Source: Podarcis liolepis (lineage: Eukaryota). From it: a stretch of 64,000 nucleotides of DNA. Of the stretch, positions 27,313-41,000 are shown in pieces. Numbering within the stretch: the stretch's first letter is position 1; the number at the start of each line of letters is the position of its first letter. The position numbers and the translations under genes are program-made. Below the pieces are notes generated by a model. The model was not told the origin of the DNA and made no database searches. It worked only from the letters and a program-made list of their open reading frames with translations. The stretch lies in NCBI GenBank assembly GCA_965112155.1, contig OZ218101.1; one strand, written 5' to 3'.

Positions 27313-30300
27313 ATTGGTAATGAATATGCTCTTCTAGTATGAAGTTCTGTACAAAGAAACAGTCTTCTAGTTGAAAGAACTGTATGTTACTTCTCATTTT
27401 GTGAATACCTTATGGTAGAGGGTTGAGGAGCATTTTTCAGCCAGAGGGTTACATTCCCATGTCCTGAAGTGAAAAGGAAAAAGTGCAATGATGAAGACAA
27501 ATGTAGGAGGAGCAATGAATGTGATTCTCTCATATCTAAGAGGTTTCTACACACACCTGACTCCACCCTTGCAATGAACATACCATATCACAGTACAAGG
27601 AGTGATCTTGGGAGAAAGCCAAGGGCCACACAGGAGGACTGCATTCAGCCTCCATGCCTGCTGTAGTATGTCCTATATTCTCTGCTATCTATATTAGCCA
27701 TATGCTGAAGTATGACAAAAAGCCAACAAGGACTTGAATATGGTGGTAACTTTGCCACACTGCAGCTCTCTGTTCCCAGTTGGGATTGCTTTGTCCATCA
27801 CCTTTCAGCAACTTAAACATTTGTGGTGCCTCTTGTTGAAATGCAAAGTTTCCTTTTTAACTTAGAAACTCAATGAAAGCTTGACATCTGTTCCTAACTA
27901 ATAATAATATTTTATTATATATTTATTAATATTAAACAACAGAGCAAAGCGTATGTGCTAGCTCAATGCAGGTCCATAGGAAGGTATGCATTTACTATAA
28001 GAGTCTATAAATCTTACGGACAGTGCTTGCTGTATGTGTACCATATGTCATATGCCATATTTCAGCACACTCCTTTCTGAATTGAAAGTGTACCTATGCC
28101 ACTTTGAAACTCTTGCTACTTTTGCAGCACCATCACATGCATGTATATTCAGAAGCAGCTCCCACTGTGTTAATGGCTCCTCCATTAAATGTGAATAGGA
28201 TTGTAGCCTTAGCAGTAAGAGAAAGAATAACCTACCCTCAGAGGAGACCATCCCTCCTTGATTCTGCACAAGTTCCTGAATCTGGGCATACGAATTATGC
28301 ATAGATGCAGTGAACTGTCTCTTCACTAAGTGGGTATTTTGAGTTCAGGGGGAACTTGAATTGATTTAATTCGGTTCTCACAGCACACTGAAGTTTCTTT
28401 GCACACAGTGTGGGAATTACTGACCTAATAAAATGAAAAGCAGCATGTTTACCCTAAGTTGCTGTTGAATTCAGAATTAGGTTTATGAAAACATTGTATC
28501 TTCAGAGGTGATCAGCCTGCAGTATCTTCACTACTAATTTAGGGCTTCTGCTCAACGTCTCCTTCCTTAGTCTGTCAAAAACATTATTTAATGAGTATAC
28601 TCTGCCAGGGTATGTCTCCATCAGTTTTTTCAGAGATGAATAGATTTCTTTTTTGAAAAGAGTGGCATTTTGCATTCAAAGCCAACATATTTTTGGTACT
28701 TTTAATAGCTAAGTTTGCTTACTTAATTCCCATTGGTACCACTCCACGCTGCCAGTGGAAATCAGGCAGCTTTGGGGGACCAATTTTAATTGAAACCATG
28801 GTGTAAACGAACAGGGTTAACCCCCTCCCTTTGTGCTGTGATCCTCAATACAATTAGGGGCTCTGCAGCTGCTATTAACATTTTAAAATGTTTCAGTCAC
28901 ACAATTAATGTCCTGTCTTAATGGCATTTCCTGTCTTTTATGCCCATTGTGTTTGTAGAGTATAACCTGGTAGACTACACCTCACAACTCACCATTGTTA
29001 TAACACAGCCTCCCCCTGGGCCTGTTTTTGGCCCAGTCTAAGTACTCATAAACAATAATGTTTCTCCTTTCCTCTTTGAAATGTTGGAGGGTATGAAAAT
29101 GATGAACTGCTTTCACCAATTTTTCATGGAGCTATAGGACTATTTTAGTATGTAGCTCACAGAAACATGGAATATATTTTGATGAGCTTCTGAACAGCTC
29201 CCAGCTGTCCTAGGAAAGCTGTCACAAAACCAAATCTTACATTTTTGACAGCAGTAACAGTGAAGTAGTGAAGCAAGAGGAGCTATTTTTAAATCATCAA
29301 TATCAAGTGTTAAAGTTAATGCCATAAGGATTAGTGAATCAATAAGCTTTTAAAATTAAGATACAGACAAGGTTAGAGACATTTAAGTCTTTGCTGGCAA
29401 GCATGATGCTTACAAGCTGCACAGGCTATATGTATTCTATAACAGCAAATTATAATTGGAGCTGGTATATGTCCTGGCTTTGTATGATTAAAACTAGGGA
29501 TATACTTGTGAGAGGCAAGCATTACTTTTTGTAGGTTTAATGTAAGCAAGCAAGAACACTGACAGCTTGAGATATCCACCCATCTGTGCGATATAGCATG
29601 TAGGTAGGAAACATTTTGCAGGAGAAGATGCACAATTTAAATAAGGTGGAGAGAAATAACACTGGACTAGAGCATGGCTGTGGAGACATTCTGTGATAGT
29701 TATCCCCTATAGATTTCATATATACTATTTCATGTGCATATGGAACCTCTCAAGAGATTGACACTCGATTAAGTGCAACATCAGTAGCATAATTATGATA
29801 TTCTGTAAACCGCACTGAGACCTCTGGGTGTAGGGCAGTATATAAATTCAATAAATAATAATAATAATAATAATAACAAGCTGCACTTACCTTTTTCACA
29901 GACCCAGGTGCATCAATCTCTGTATTTAAGCAGTATTTGGAAGCAGTGCTTGACTAGCTTCATGAAAATGGATTGAACAATCTAGGGTTTAGCCTTCCCT
30001 TTTGATAAGGTACACTGGAATGCCCCTGGAGTGAGCTTTGCTACTAATTTCTGGGGCAATAGTGCCAATTAATTTTTTTTTTAACTGCATTGGAATTTGT
30101 ATCAGCAGCCCTTCATAGAGTGAAAGGGGCCTTTCAAGCTATTCATTTTTTCCCCCTAACTTTGAGGATTGGCCATTTCAGAGCCTCAGTGATAAAATAG
30201 AAACATAGCTAAAGGTTTTTCCCTATAAAAACCTTCCATCTGATTTATTTTGAAAATCATAACTTAATATATTTTATTTAGTCTCATTGTATTGTGTGAA

Positions 30301-30325
30301 GGTACATGAGGCCACCACCTTGCTT

Positions 30326-30425
30326 AAGCTAAGCAGGTCTGATCATTGTCTGGAACAGCGACCACTTGGGAACCACCTTTATGCCACCTTGAGTACCATG
30401 ATGGAAGAAAGGTGGGTTATTAAGA
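30326..30425 (+). mobile_element. Degraded 5S-rRNA-derived (SINE3-like) element with L2-like tail
   Basis: aagctaagcagg..gaccacttgggaac resembles the 5S internal control region; tail gccaccttgag..aaaggtggg is shared with the SINE at 11256. Confidence 0.4.
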
Positions 30426-31690
30426 TTTAAAAACAAATATATGGCCCCGCCTTTGATGAATGTTCAGAATTTAGAACTGGATAGAAGTCATAGCCATGCC
30501 TCCTAACAGTGATAGGGTAACAAGGACATAGTCAGTTAGCTTTTTTCAGCAACTGCACTGGCTGCTTATTAGCATCTGAAATATGTTCAAGGTGCTAGTT
30601 CTAACTTACCAAGTTTGGGAGGGAGGACACACCTTCAATATAAACATTCCTCTCCTTTTAATATTAACGAAGGGGATATTACCCGTGCATAGAATCAAAA
30701 GGATGCAAAAGGGTCTTATTCAGGTGGCCAAAGTAGGGCTACCAGAACACGGCTTAGTCTTTGAAGAAACATACCAGATAAAACAGCAAGTAGCACAGGC
30801 CATATAAAAGTTATTGACAGATAAACCAGTCACTGCTGCAAGCATAGGGAAATAGAATTAAGGTCTTAACCTGCCAGCTAAAATGTAGTACAGGTGAACT
30901 TCTCTAGGGAGCAGATTCTGCTATAGAAAAGCCTCTTTCCTTGGTTGTTACCTGCCTCACTCACACTTCTGAAATAGTTTAAGAACTTCCATGAATCGTG
31001 ATCTGTTAAATTTACCATGATTACTTGGGGGCAGGAAATGAATCAGGAAAATTCACTGCAATCCCACCCCCCTGCCCTGAGTTTTGTGCAAGCAAACAGT
31101 GCTTCATGGTTATCATCTTTGTCATCAAAGAAATATATTCTTGCAATTCATATTCAGTTGTGATTCAAAATTTGGCACATAATAGATTCAGCACGTAGTG
31201 TTGACATCTGTCCATCGCATCAAAACTATTTTCTGTAAAGTGACCTAGGTGCAAGAAATGAAGTTCGGGAAGGTAGATATTTTGTAGTTGTTTTTTTGGT
31301 CACACCAATACTCACGTTTGAGCATTTTCATCCCTTAATGTTATTATGAAAAGCATCCCTTGTTTCCTATCTGTGTTGCTGTGGCAACTTGTGATTAGGT
31401 AGCAGCAGTTGATGGGTTTCAGGCTTTATCATTGCCGAATTCAGAGGCAACACTTCACCCTGCCAGTTTCTGCAGTGAGCTATGAAATATTCTCCTTCCT
31501 GTCCTTCCCACAGACTTTCTCATCACCAAGGCGACGGGTATCTACCCACACAATTGGGATCTGAGATCAGCAGCTTAAAGTGGGATTGTTCAGATTCTGG
31601 CACGCACACTCTGAATTCTGAATTATTTGCTGTGGTAGCACTGTGCTGTCTAAATGCTCTTCCTTTTTTTATTTTAAAACAATCAGGTTA

Positions 31691-31913
31691 GTGGTGTAGG
31701 GATTAGCGTGCTGGATTGGGACCTGGGAGACCAGAGTTCAAATCCACACTCATTTGTGAAGCTCACCAGGTGACCTTGGGCCAGTCACACTTCTCAGCCT
31801 AACTTAGCTCACAGGGTTTCTGTGAGGATAAAATGGGGAGGTGGGTATGTAGGCCACTTTCAGCTCCCTGGAGAATGAATGGGATATAGAGTAATAATAA
31901 ATAAAATAATAAT
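31691..31913 (+). mobile_element. tRNA-derived SINE, same family as the copy at 11256
   Basis: gtggtgtagggattagc A box, gagttcaaatcc B box, shared core, (taa)n tail. Confidence 0.7.
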
Positions 31914-32294
31914 ATCTTATATTTAGATTTAACAGATACTTATATTGATGTAGCATATGGGAGGCATTGACTAATCAGTCCCAAACCTTAGGAGTTGAAT
32001 AGCTGTCTGCATGGTGTATTTTAAAAGGCCTTCAGGCAGGATTAGCAAACTTCTGATGCCAAACATGTTTTCAAGGAGCTAGTCTTTTGATTTAAGATTA
32101 AGATTAACTATATAGAGTTTGTACAGACTTCCTTTTGCATCGTGCTTCAAAGCTCTGTGTCTTGAGTGTTTTTTGTTTGTCCCAGGAAAAACCTTCATTT
32201 TACCTCTGAATCATAGTACGTGACTATCCACTGAAAACCCAATTGCTTTTTGCTCCAATTCAGCGTTGAAACACTGTTGTACCAGGGAAAGTGC

Positions 32295-32327
<33 letters not shown>

Positions 32328-33798
32328 GATACGGAACTTTAATGCCCAAAGGATGTCTGGATGAGCTTCTCTCATGCACCGGTCAAATAGAGAGGGCTCT
32401 GGTTCTTGCCTATACTGGGCACCTAGCTTGCAGAAAGCACCAAATAGGCAGTTGATTAGAGAGAAGGTATCAGAGGAAGGAAAGTGGCACTTGAAATGGG
32501 GAAAATGGACCGCAGAAGGTGCAAAATGATTGTTGTTAAGTGCCTACAAAGTTGCTAAGCCATGTGCAGAATTTTCATAACATCAATCATCATAGACTTC
32601 CCCCACAGTTTAAGATTGTACATGACATGGAAGAGGCAAATGGAGGCAGATCAAGCAGAGAAAGCTTGAGAGAAAGAACAAGGTTTTAGAAGGTTCAGGA
32701 GCCTCAGAATTACAATTATGAGAAGAATTGTGTTTATAGAATAAAGCACAAAAGGTTCTTTTTTGCCGCAATGAACAGATTTACAAAAATAAGAATACAG
32801 TGGGTTCCCTAGTTTGTTTGTTTTGCTTTTCTGTTCCTTTGTTTATTTACTTGGTTATGCAACTAGAAGAGTTTCACATTAAAAAATAACAAACCCATTC
32901 ATGTTCACATATGGAAAGACTGAAACGATAGCAAAGCTGTTGGTTGTTTCTATCTTTAAGCAAAGCTGTAATGCACTAGAGATCTCATAGCATTTGCATC
33001 ACTTGACTTCTGTAATAAGAGCCAGCGTCCTAATGAAATCCCTGTATAGTTCTGATTTTCTCTAATTACACTGGTGAGTGCAGCATATTATGTGTTTAGT
33101 GCCCAGATGCTTTCCTAATAGGCTGAAATCAGAGTTTTCTTTCCAGTTTACACAGCAATAAAAGGACTGAAATCAGTGGCTTGTAGAATATTTAATATAG
33201 TCATGCTTATGTAAGAACACTAGCACAAATGTAATTCTCATCAAAATCTGAAAGCAGTAACATTTTATCTGTTTGAAATTCTGTTGAATGGGTTCTGAAT
33301 TTACTGATGCAAATAGAATGAACAAATATGAAACCATCATTTTAACTGTCAGTTGTTGGCATTTGTCTGTCTCTGGGGGTGAAGTCAAACTGCTGCGTTA
33401 GCAGCACCGAAGTGACTTCCCTGGTCCATACCAAAGTGACCTACTGTGACTCAGTGGAGGCTGCTGCTTTCACTGTGTGTGCCTGAGACTGCCCTTGTTT
33501 CTTGCCTTGGCCCTCTTTCCTGGCTGTTAGGCAAAAGAGTCTTCCTTGCAGTTGGTAGATCTTGAACCTGTGTCCCAGGAGTGTTGCATATGTTCTGTGT
33601 AGCCCCCTATGCAGGTGCTGTGTTTTCTCCTTCCTCCCCTCTGTGTGTTGTGTTCCTAAAGCAGTGTTGTGTTCCTAAAGCAGTGTTTGTTACAGGTAAA
33701 AAGGGATTTGTACTACTCACCTTTCAAAGTCTGCTGGCCCTACCAGGGAATGTCTCACTAGGACTCATTGCTCTCCTTATCCTTTTCCCTCATATATA

Positions 33799-33967
33799 CC
33801 GTATTTTTCACTCTATAACACGCACCCAACCATAACACGCACATAGTTTTTAGAGGAGGAAAATCCGTAGGCATGCCACCTGTAGGCATTCCCTCCATAA
33901 CACGCACAGACATTTCCCCTTACTTTCTAGGAGGAAAAAAGTGAGTGTTGTGGTGCAAAAAATACGG
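33799..33967. mobile_element. Tc1/mariner-type MITE, family B, short copy
   Basis: TA|ccgtatttttcactctataaca...tgcaaaaaatacgg|TA; shares acatttcccctta with the other copies. Confidence 0.8.
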
Positions 33968-35367
33968 TATATATTGACTGCCTCATACCAATACCACCTG
34001 TGTAGCCTGAGATACCTGGTCCATCGCAGTCCAAGAAACCGTATCAGCACATATGAGAAGTCATTGTTACTAGGCTTTCAACCATTGACCCTGAGTCCTG
34101 CATCTCCACTCTCACATAGTGTCATTTGAGGCCTTCTGAAGCTAGATCAAACCAGAGTTTGAAATACCGAGGCAAAAATTTATTATGGGAACTGGTCCAC
34201 ATAAGTTGACGCCATAATAAATTTGTTAGTCTTTCATGTGACACAAGATTCGTCATTGTTTCTGTCAGCATCTGACAGTATTTACCTTGCTTAACCTTTG
34301 CTGTAATCAAGACCAGCAATCCTAGCATCATTCTTCAAATACTTTGCTTTCGTCATCTGACAAGGAACCAGTTGTTGCTCTAATAATTCTCTGCTGTGTT
34401 TGGCCCCTGAACAAAATAAACTTCAGAGAAGATGCATTGAATTGGTTCTAACAGGCGCTTATTTGACATATCCTGTTTCTGATTCTTGGAGTTTTTGAAT
34501 AGCAAAAATATTAAGGGCCTGTCCACATTTCCAATTGTCCTGCACTTATTAGAATTTGCATAGGATCGATAGTACTGATCTGAAAGCTTTCCATTTATAC
34601 CCCGACACTTTATCGGAAGAAATGCAAAACCCCTTAAAAGCTGAATAGAAATTTGTTCCCCTTTTGATCTGATCCTTTTTTTAGCTCCTGAACAGAAAAA
34701 TGTGCACTTTCCCTTGCGGTGCATTGTGTGGGTGGTCCTCTTTCACCTCCAGCCCTTCTGTGCACCTCTGGTTCTCTGCCCCACGCTTTTTAAAAATGTG
34801 TCTGCCTTTTGTGCTCATCACATTGCAATCGATTATATGTGTTTGCAAGTGAGCATGAAAGCAGCTTCCCTTTCCAGTGCCAATAGCGGGCGGACTGTTT
34901 GGGGCAATGCGGAGCCTGCAGGCCCCATGGTGAGTGCCGCCCGCCATTTTGTCACCCCCCTCAGTGGTGACACCGGAAGCAGACCGTCCCCCTTCCTCCG
35001 CCCCTGATGTGTGGCTCTGCTGTGATGCAGGGACAGAGAAAAGGGTGGGGACAAGGAGAAAAGTAGAACAGTGGAATGGACATGTTTCAAGGAATTCACA
35101 GTTAAAAAGATCAGTGTAAAATGCATCGGTGGGGACCTAAAACCCCAGACTAAACTTGAGTTGAGACAAATCTGCAATGGATAAAACACAAACTTTTGTG
35201 AAGTGTGGATGGACCCTAAGGTGGGGAAATTGTTGCAATACAAATTTCTGAAGGGTAGCCATGTTTTTATGGTAGACTAATGCACTGTGACATAAGCTTT
35301 TGTGAGCTAGACCCACTTTGCCACGGCCATGGTCACTTAATTGAGTACTTACAGTATGTGTATGTGT

Positions 35368-35424
<57 letters not shown>
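35368..35424. repeat. (AC)n(AG)n compound microsatellite
   Basis: direct reading. Confidence 0.95.
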
Positions 35425-35426
<2 letters not shown>

Positions 35427-38037
35427 CAGGCAGACAGATAGAAAGACAGTGAGACAGACAGAGAGAGAGTTCAGAAGTAAGGGAGCCAAAAGTTATTTCC
35501 AAATTATTGGAAAAAAGAGTGACAGGCAATGCAAGAGATGATAGCAGCAGGTGTATCAGCACCATACAGAGTACATATGAACACAGAATCTAGTCAGTCT
35601 TTTTCAGTTTAATGACCTGCTTCTCTGATTAGCGCCAGGGTGATGATTGGCATAGCCAGATCAACAGGATAATCAGTTTCTTTGGTGAGCTAGGACATAT
35701 ATAACTTCCACTATGTAAAATGTGCTAGTGAATTCTAATCCAGCAGCTTCATGTTGAAATTTTTAACCCTTTTTCCTGGGAGTTTGGTGACTTTGTCTGT
35801 TACAGAATGTCCTGGAAAACTGAAATGCTTCCTATTAGTTCTCAAGTGTACCAAATCTGCACCTGTATAGGAATAGTTCTTTATCTATTTTTTATTTTTA
35901 TCACTTGTTGTTTGCGACCCTGCGCATAAATTTATGTCTGATTTTGTATGCCTTTATTCTCTTGCATAAAGCATGATGTTTTGGCTTGTGTGAATGGTGA
36001 AAGGGAATTATTGGCAGAGGACAGCATACATCAGGTTAGAAGATGTGCCGGTGAATAACCTCTTGGCGGAATGGCTGAAATTTTCAGGGCTCTAGATGGT
36101 GTTGCTAAAGTAGCAAGGGGACCAAAGTTGGCACCAGGGTTTGCTTAAAAGTTTTCCCCCTGATGGTTCATTGCTGTAGCTGCTTCAGATTGATGGGGCT
36201 GTGTGAAAGGGCAGGCCTACACTGACCCTAGTGAGAGGAAAGGGCCATCTCCCAGGATAGATTGCAGATCTTTGATAACATATTGGAAAAGTTTTTATTT
36301 GGAACCTGAAGGTGACAGAATTAACCAATATAAAATTGGCACCCTAAGCACTCTTATATTTTGCAAAAAGAATGGAATGCCTGGAATCCTTTTCTCTATT
36401 GAAGGCTTTTCTTTGATACCTATCTTTAATATAAATCAGGAAATTTGAAATGAGATGGAAGTACACTGGGCTCTTAATATAATAGCAAAGTTGTTTTGAG
36501 GCTTTAGAGTTCATTTGTTTTACAGATAACGCTGAGAAATGCAGATGATTTGCCAAGCATATAAGAACTGTGATCTGCTTCACATGACACAGTAAGCCAA
36601 ACTATGGCTTTCCAGGATTGCACAAATGTGCAAACTCCCAGAGTGAAGACTCACAACCACTTTGCTCCTCTGCAACTTTTATCGTTAATGAGAAGCAAAC
36701 TTAAATCACAAGCTAAGTCAAACCTTTCCCACTGGTTTCACAAGAGGTACATGATAATAATTTTGTACAGTTAGGAATCGTGTGAATATAGTGAATAGAG
36801 AGACATAGGGTTGGATCTGGGCTTAGGCTGAATTTCTCTAACCTGATTTACTTAGGAGTAAGTAAAAGCTCTAGAGTCTGTTTAGACTTAACCAAAAGGT
36901 GCTTGTTTTTATTTTTTTCATTTTATTGAATTTATATACTGCCCTATGCCTGGAGTTCTCAGGGCGGTTCACAGAACTAAATCAGAATATAAAACCACAA
37001 AATATATAATCAAAATAAAAGCAACAACCCAATTAACCCCCCCCCCCTTTATGGCTCAACAGCCATGGTCTGTCCATTGTAATTGGCATTTTAACTTATT
37101 AATTAATCAAAATTAAAAGGGGGAAATCAGATTATTGTAACCACAATCTACAGTAACCTAATTTTTTGTTAATTAGATACAAACCCTACCTTATCAGGGA
37201 GGGCAGCTTGTGGGTAGGCTCTATGTATATATGAGCTCCCATATCTGTTGATTAAATTACAGTCATATGCATGTGGATGGATAGATAGATGCATCTTATA
37301 TACGTATATGAATGTATGTGTGTTTCTAGGATGTACTTAGTGTTCCTTTAAATTTTTACATAAGCGTGCCAACTCAAGCAGGCATAGGACTCATCAAGTA
37401 TGAAGATTTTTTAAACATTCATGTTGATTTTAATTAGAACAATCATACAGTCATACTGGATATACTGCTGAAGGTGTAAACATAAACAAGACTTCAATTT
37501 TCAGTATCATTTTTTTATTACAGAAATTAATAGGTGGGTGTGTTTTTTAAAAACAAAAACACAAACATGTTGAGAAGGTTAGGTTTTTCAGTCTAAATCA
37601 ATGTTTCCCATTTTCTTAGTACGTAATTTTTGTAATGCATATTAAATAGGAAAATCCTAGTTGATAATTAGATTAAAACTAAATATATGTTGCTTATCAT
37701 TTTTGTTTAGTTTGATTTTATAATTACTGTCACCATTTTAATTTAAATTGAAAAATCTAGAACTGCATCCTACTAATTTTCTTTCTTTCATCAGAGACCG
37801 AGACTTCTAAAGTCTGATACCAGAATAAGTACTATGGGTTTTTTTTCTTGCGCATGTATGCATGCAAATAAAAAAAGAGCACTGTCGAGCTAACATCATA
37901 TGAAAATCTTGCCATATATGCTTTCTCTCTTTATCAAGATTGCATGATTGTATTACTAATGCAATTCTAATATGATATAGTAATAACAGCCCATCACAGT
38001 TCTTTCACCATATTGTATCACTGCTTTATCGTATTAG

Positions 38038-38042
38038 GCTAA
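38038..38042 (+). CDS. CNKSR2: Coding part of the CNKSR2 alternative terminal exon for a short isoform (A|GC TAA = Ser-stop), MAGUIN-2/CNK2B-like and lacking the PDZ ligand
   Basis: ttatcgtattag| acceptor; joining to the phase-1 donor at 20949 gives ...EDES*; followed by repeat-poor UTR-like sequence with AATAAA at 39687, 40718 and 42179; C-terminally truncated CNK2B/MAGUIN-2 isoforms are known in mammals. Confidence 0.7.
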
Positions 38043-41000
38043 AGCACTGCGAGAGTTGATAGAACCTCCCCATGCCAACTCGGATCCACTTCTCTTGGCA
38101 CTGAACCGATTGGACTCAGAGATTGATAAACTATTGGTTAGAGAATTTAGATCGGAGAGAATTGGCACGACGGAGACTCATCTTCAGCCTCTTGCAAGCA
38201 ACCTCTAATGTCCTGCATTCTGAAAGCCAATCAATTCTTCTTGAATAACTGATGTTTTTAAGAAAGAACTGACTTTAAAACATAGACAACCAAATGCCTG
38301 GGTAAGGGGCCTCCAGGAAAGTCTTACAAAGGGCAAACCTGTTGCCAGATCTATTGCTTTTATTTTGAAGAATGCATCCTTTCTACAGAGGGATTAGGCA
38401 CAATATCAGACCCAGGCTACATGGAATACAGTTGCAGAAAATACTGCTCACCAACTTGGGAGAAACAGAAGGGGGAAAGGGTGATGGCAGGGGAAGGGCT
38501 ATGATGATACTCAGGTGTGTTCTGCAGTCTTCAAGGAAGGAAAGAGGGATCAGCTGTGGTAACTATAAAATCATATTTTGAAAATATTTTGAAAACTTCA
38601 GTTACTTCCATTCATCCAAAGCGGCAAAAGCTAATACCATTCTTAGTGTATTTCACAGTAGTGAAGGAAGATAACTTGCTGTATAATACTCATTCAATGT
38701 ATTCTGTCAAGTCCAAGTGTGCACAGACTGTTGCAAGACCTAAAGCCGCATTCTAACTGTGTTTACTTAGGAACAAATCCTATTAATTTCAGTGGGATTT
38801 AGGCTCAAACTACACATGATGGTAGCAGAACCATTTGTTTAAATCCACATCTCTACCAAAAATGTCCACAAAAGATGTGAACAGATTCCTTTTTTAAAGC
38901 AAAGATTGTATGCCTTTGGGGACTGGTGACCCTTTCCTCCATGTGCTGTATCTTCCTGCAGTTTGCCCCATTTTATTCTAAGCTGAGCTCCAATTCCAGA
39001 AGTGAGCTCAATGTGGAGAAGAAAAGGACTGGGGAGAGGCTTTAAGGTGGTTATTAGCAGTGTACATGTGGAAGGTTCAGTTGGCCTAAAAATCACAAAC
39101 CCAACTCCACACTTAAAATGTGATTGAAGCAGACCTGGGTTTAAATACTGTCATGTGTAGCTTAATCCTTGTTTTCAAGTAAGTGTGTTTAGGATTGCAA
39201 CAGAGTTTGTTAAGCAGTTTATAATGATTTATCTGATGGTGCACAAATACTGATTTTATGACAGTGAATATAATGCCTCACTTTGGTGTGTTTCAAACTG
39301 CAGATAGAAATCTTCAATTTCTCCTTACCTTCTAGGATTTAAATGTGAATGATGTTGCCTTGCAGCATAGACATAAGGTATTCTCTGTAAATCCTTCAGG
39401 ATCCCTAGGAGGCAATTTGGAGGGGCCAAGATTTCGATGGAATGTCTCCCTAAGTAGATTCAGATATTGTCTATCATTATGTTTTGGGTCTCCTATGGAT
39501 CTTTTTTTGCCTGTATCTCTGTGATTGGATGTGGGTTTTCTTTCTATTTTTGGCTAAGGGTGTACTGTAATGTCAATGCTAAATTCTTGATATTTCATAC
39601 TAATTATGGAGAGAGAATTTTAAGATGTATTTTGAAATGTTTTATTTCTGTCAGGTCCATGTATGGTATTGCATTATGTTAATACCAATAAAATATATAG
39701 AGTTATTTATATACAAATGCATATATTTCCCTTTTTATAAAGGTGTTGCAATTTTTTCATAAGGAAATAATACACAGCAACTGCTTGACAGCAGTAAGAA
39801 AACTCTAGAAGCTTTAATATGCTTGAATAATAATTTAAAAAAACCTGTATTCTGTAGGCAGACCAGTAGAAAATGCATGTAATTTTTAAACAAGGTTATT
39901 TGACCTGGCATAGGTCTGTCAAGATTTGACTATAAATTCAGCTTCCACTATTTTTATGAGCACAGATCTAATGTTCTTGTTTTATCAAAATATGTTGATT
40001 ATTAGCTGATGTTTAGAAAGTAAAACAATAATCTTTGGACACACTTCATTCAAATATATAATCACTTTAGTCCTGCTGATTAAATAAGGGAGTTAAGTGC
40101 AGGCCTAAATCCCATTGAAATCAATGGGGTTTGAAGTGCTTAACTTTGACTGGATTTAGCTGTTTATGGGCTGTTGTGTCGGTTGACTAAAGATACAATC
40201 TCCCTGCGTTTTTTAAATTAATCATATGTTCTAAGAAATTTACTGTAATTCACTGCTGTTTTGATGCTCGGCAAAAGCAGCCTTCAGTTTTTTATAGAGG
40301 GTCTATTTTTTAGGGTTAATAAACTACTGCTTAGTGCATAAAGATTTGCAAGCCGGAAGATTTATTACTCAAGCCTAGCTGGATTGGGTTGAAACCTTTA
40401 CAGTTTATCATTAAATTCTGTAATTAGACAGAAATGAAATGTTTTAGAAATGAATCAGGGAGCTAAAAGCTGAGATTAGAATTTAAAGTATCTTCCATTA
40501 TCAGTTTTCAGTGATGGCTCATATGTAACACTTTGCCTAAGGCTGAAAGGAGCTGATATTCTGGCACCATTGTGCATTCAAATTTCAGCATGGACGTTTC
40601 TGTCCCAAATAGTGTATTGAATGACCATTTCCATTTTGCAGGGATATTCATGGCAGCAGTTAGCTGTCCAAGACATTAATTGCACATATCTTTGTAAAGC
40701 TTCTCTGTACTACTAAAAATAAAGTTTGTAAAATTCCAGTTATTTTTTCTTAATGCAAACAGGGTTTTTTTAACAAAGGAAAAAAGAGGTGAATTGCTTT
40801 CTACTTTCTTCCTTGGAGACAGATATTTCAGTGGTTCTGCTTTGCCGTTTTTTCTTAAGGCCTTTTCTTGTGATGAACCTGGACATTCACCGAATGATTC
40901 AGAATGGGCATATTTCTTTATTGCTTTCTCATACCATTTCTGATGTTACAAACTCAAGTTATAAGTATGCTGAGGATTTTTTTTTGCAAGGGTTATACCT

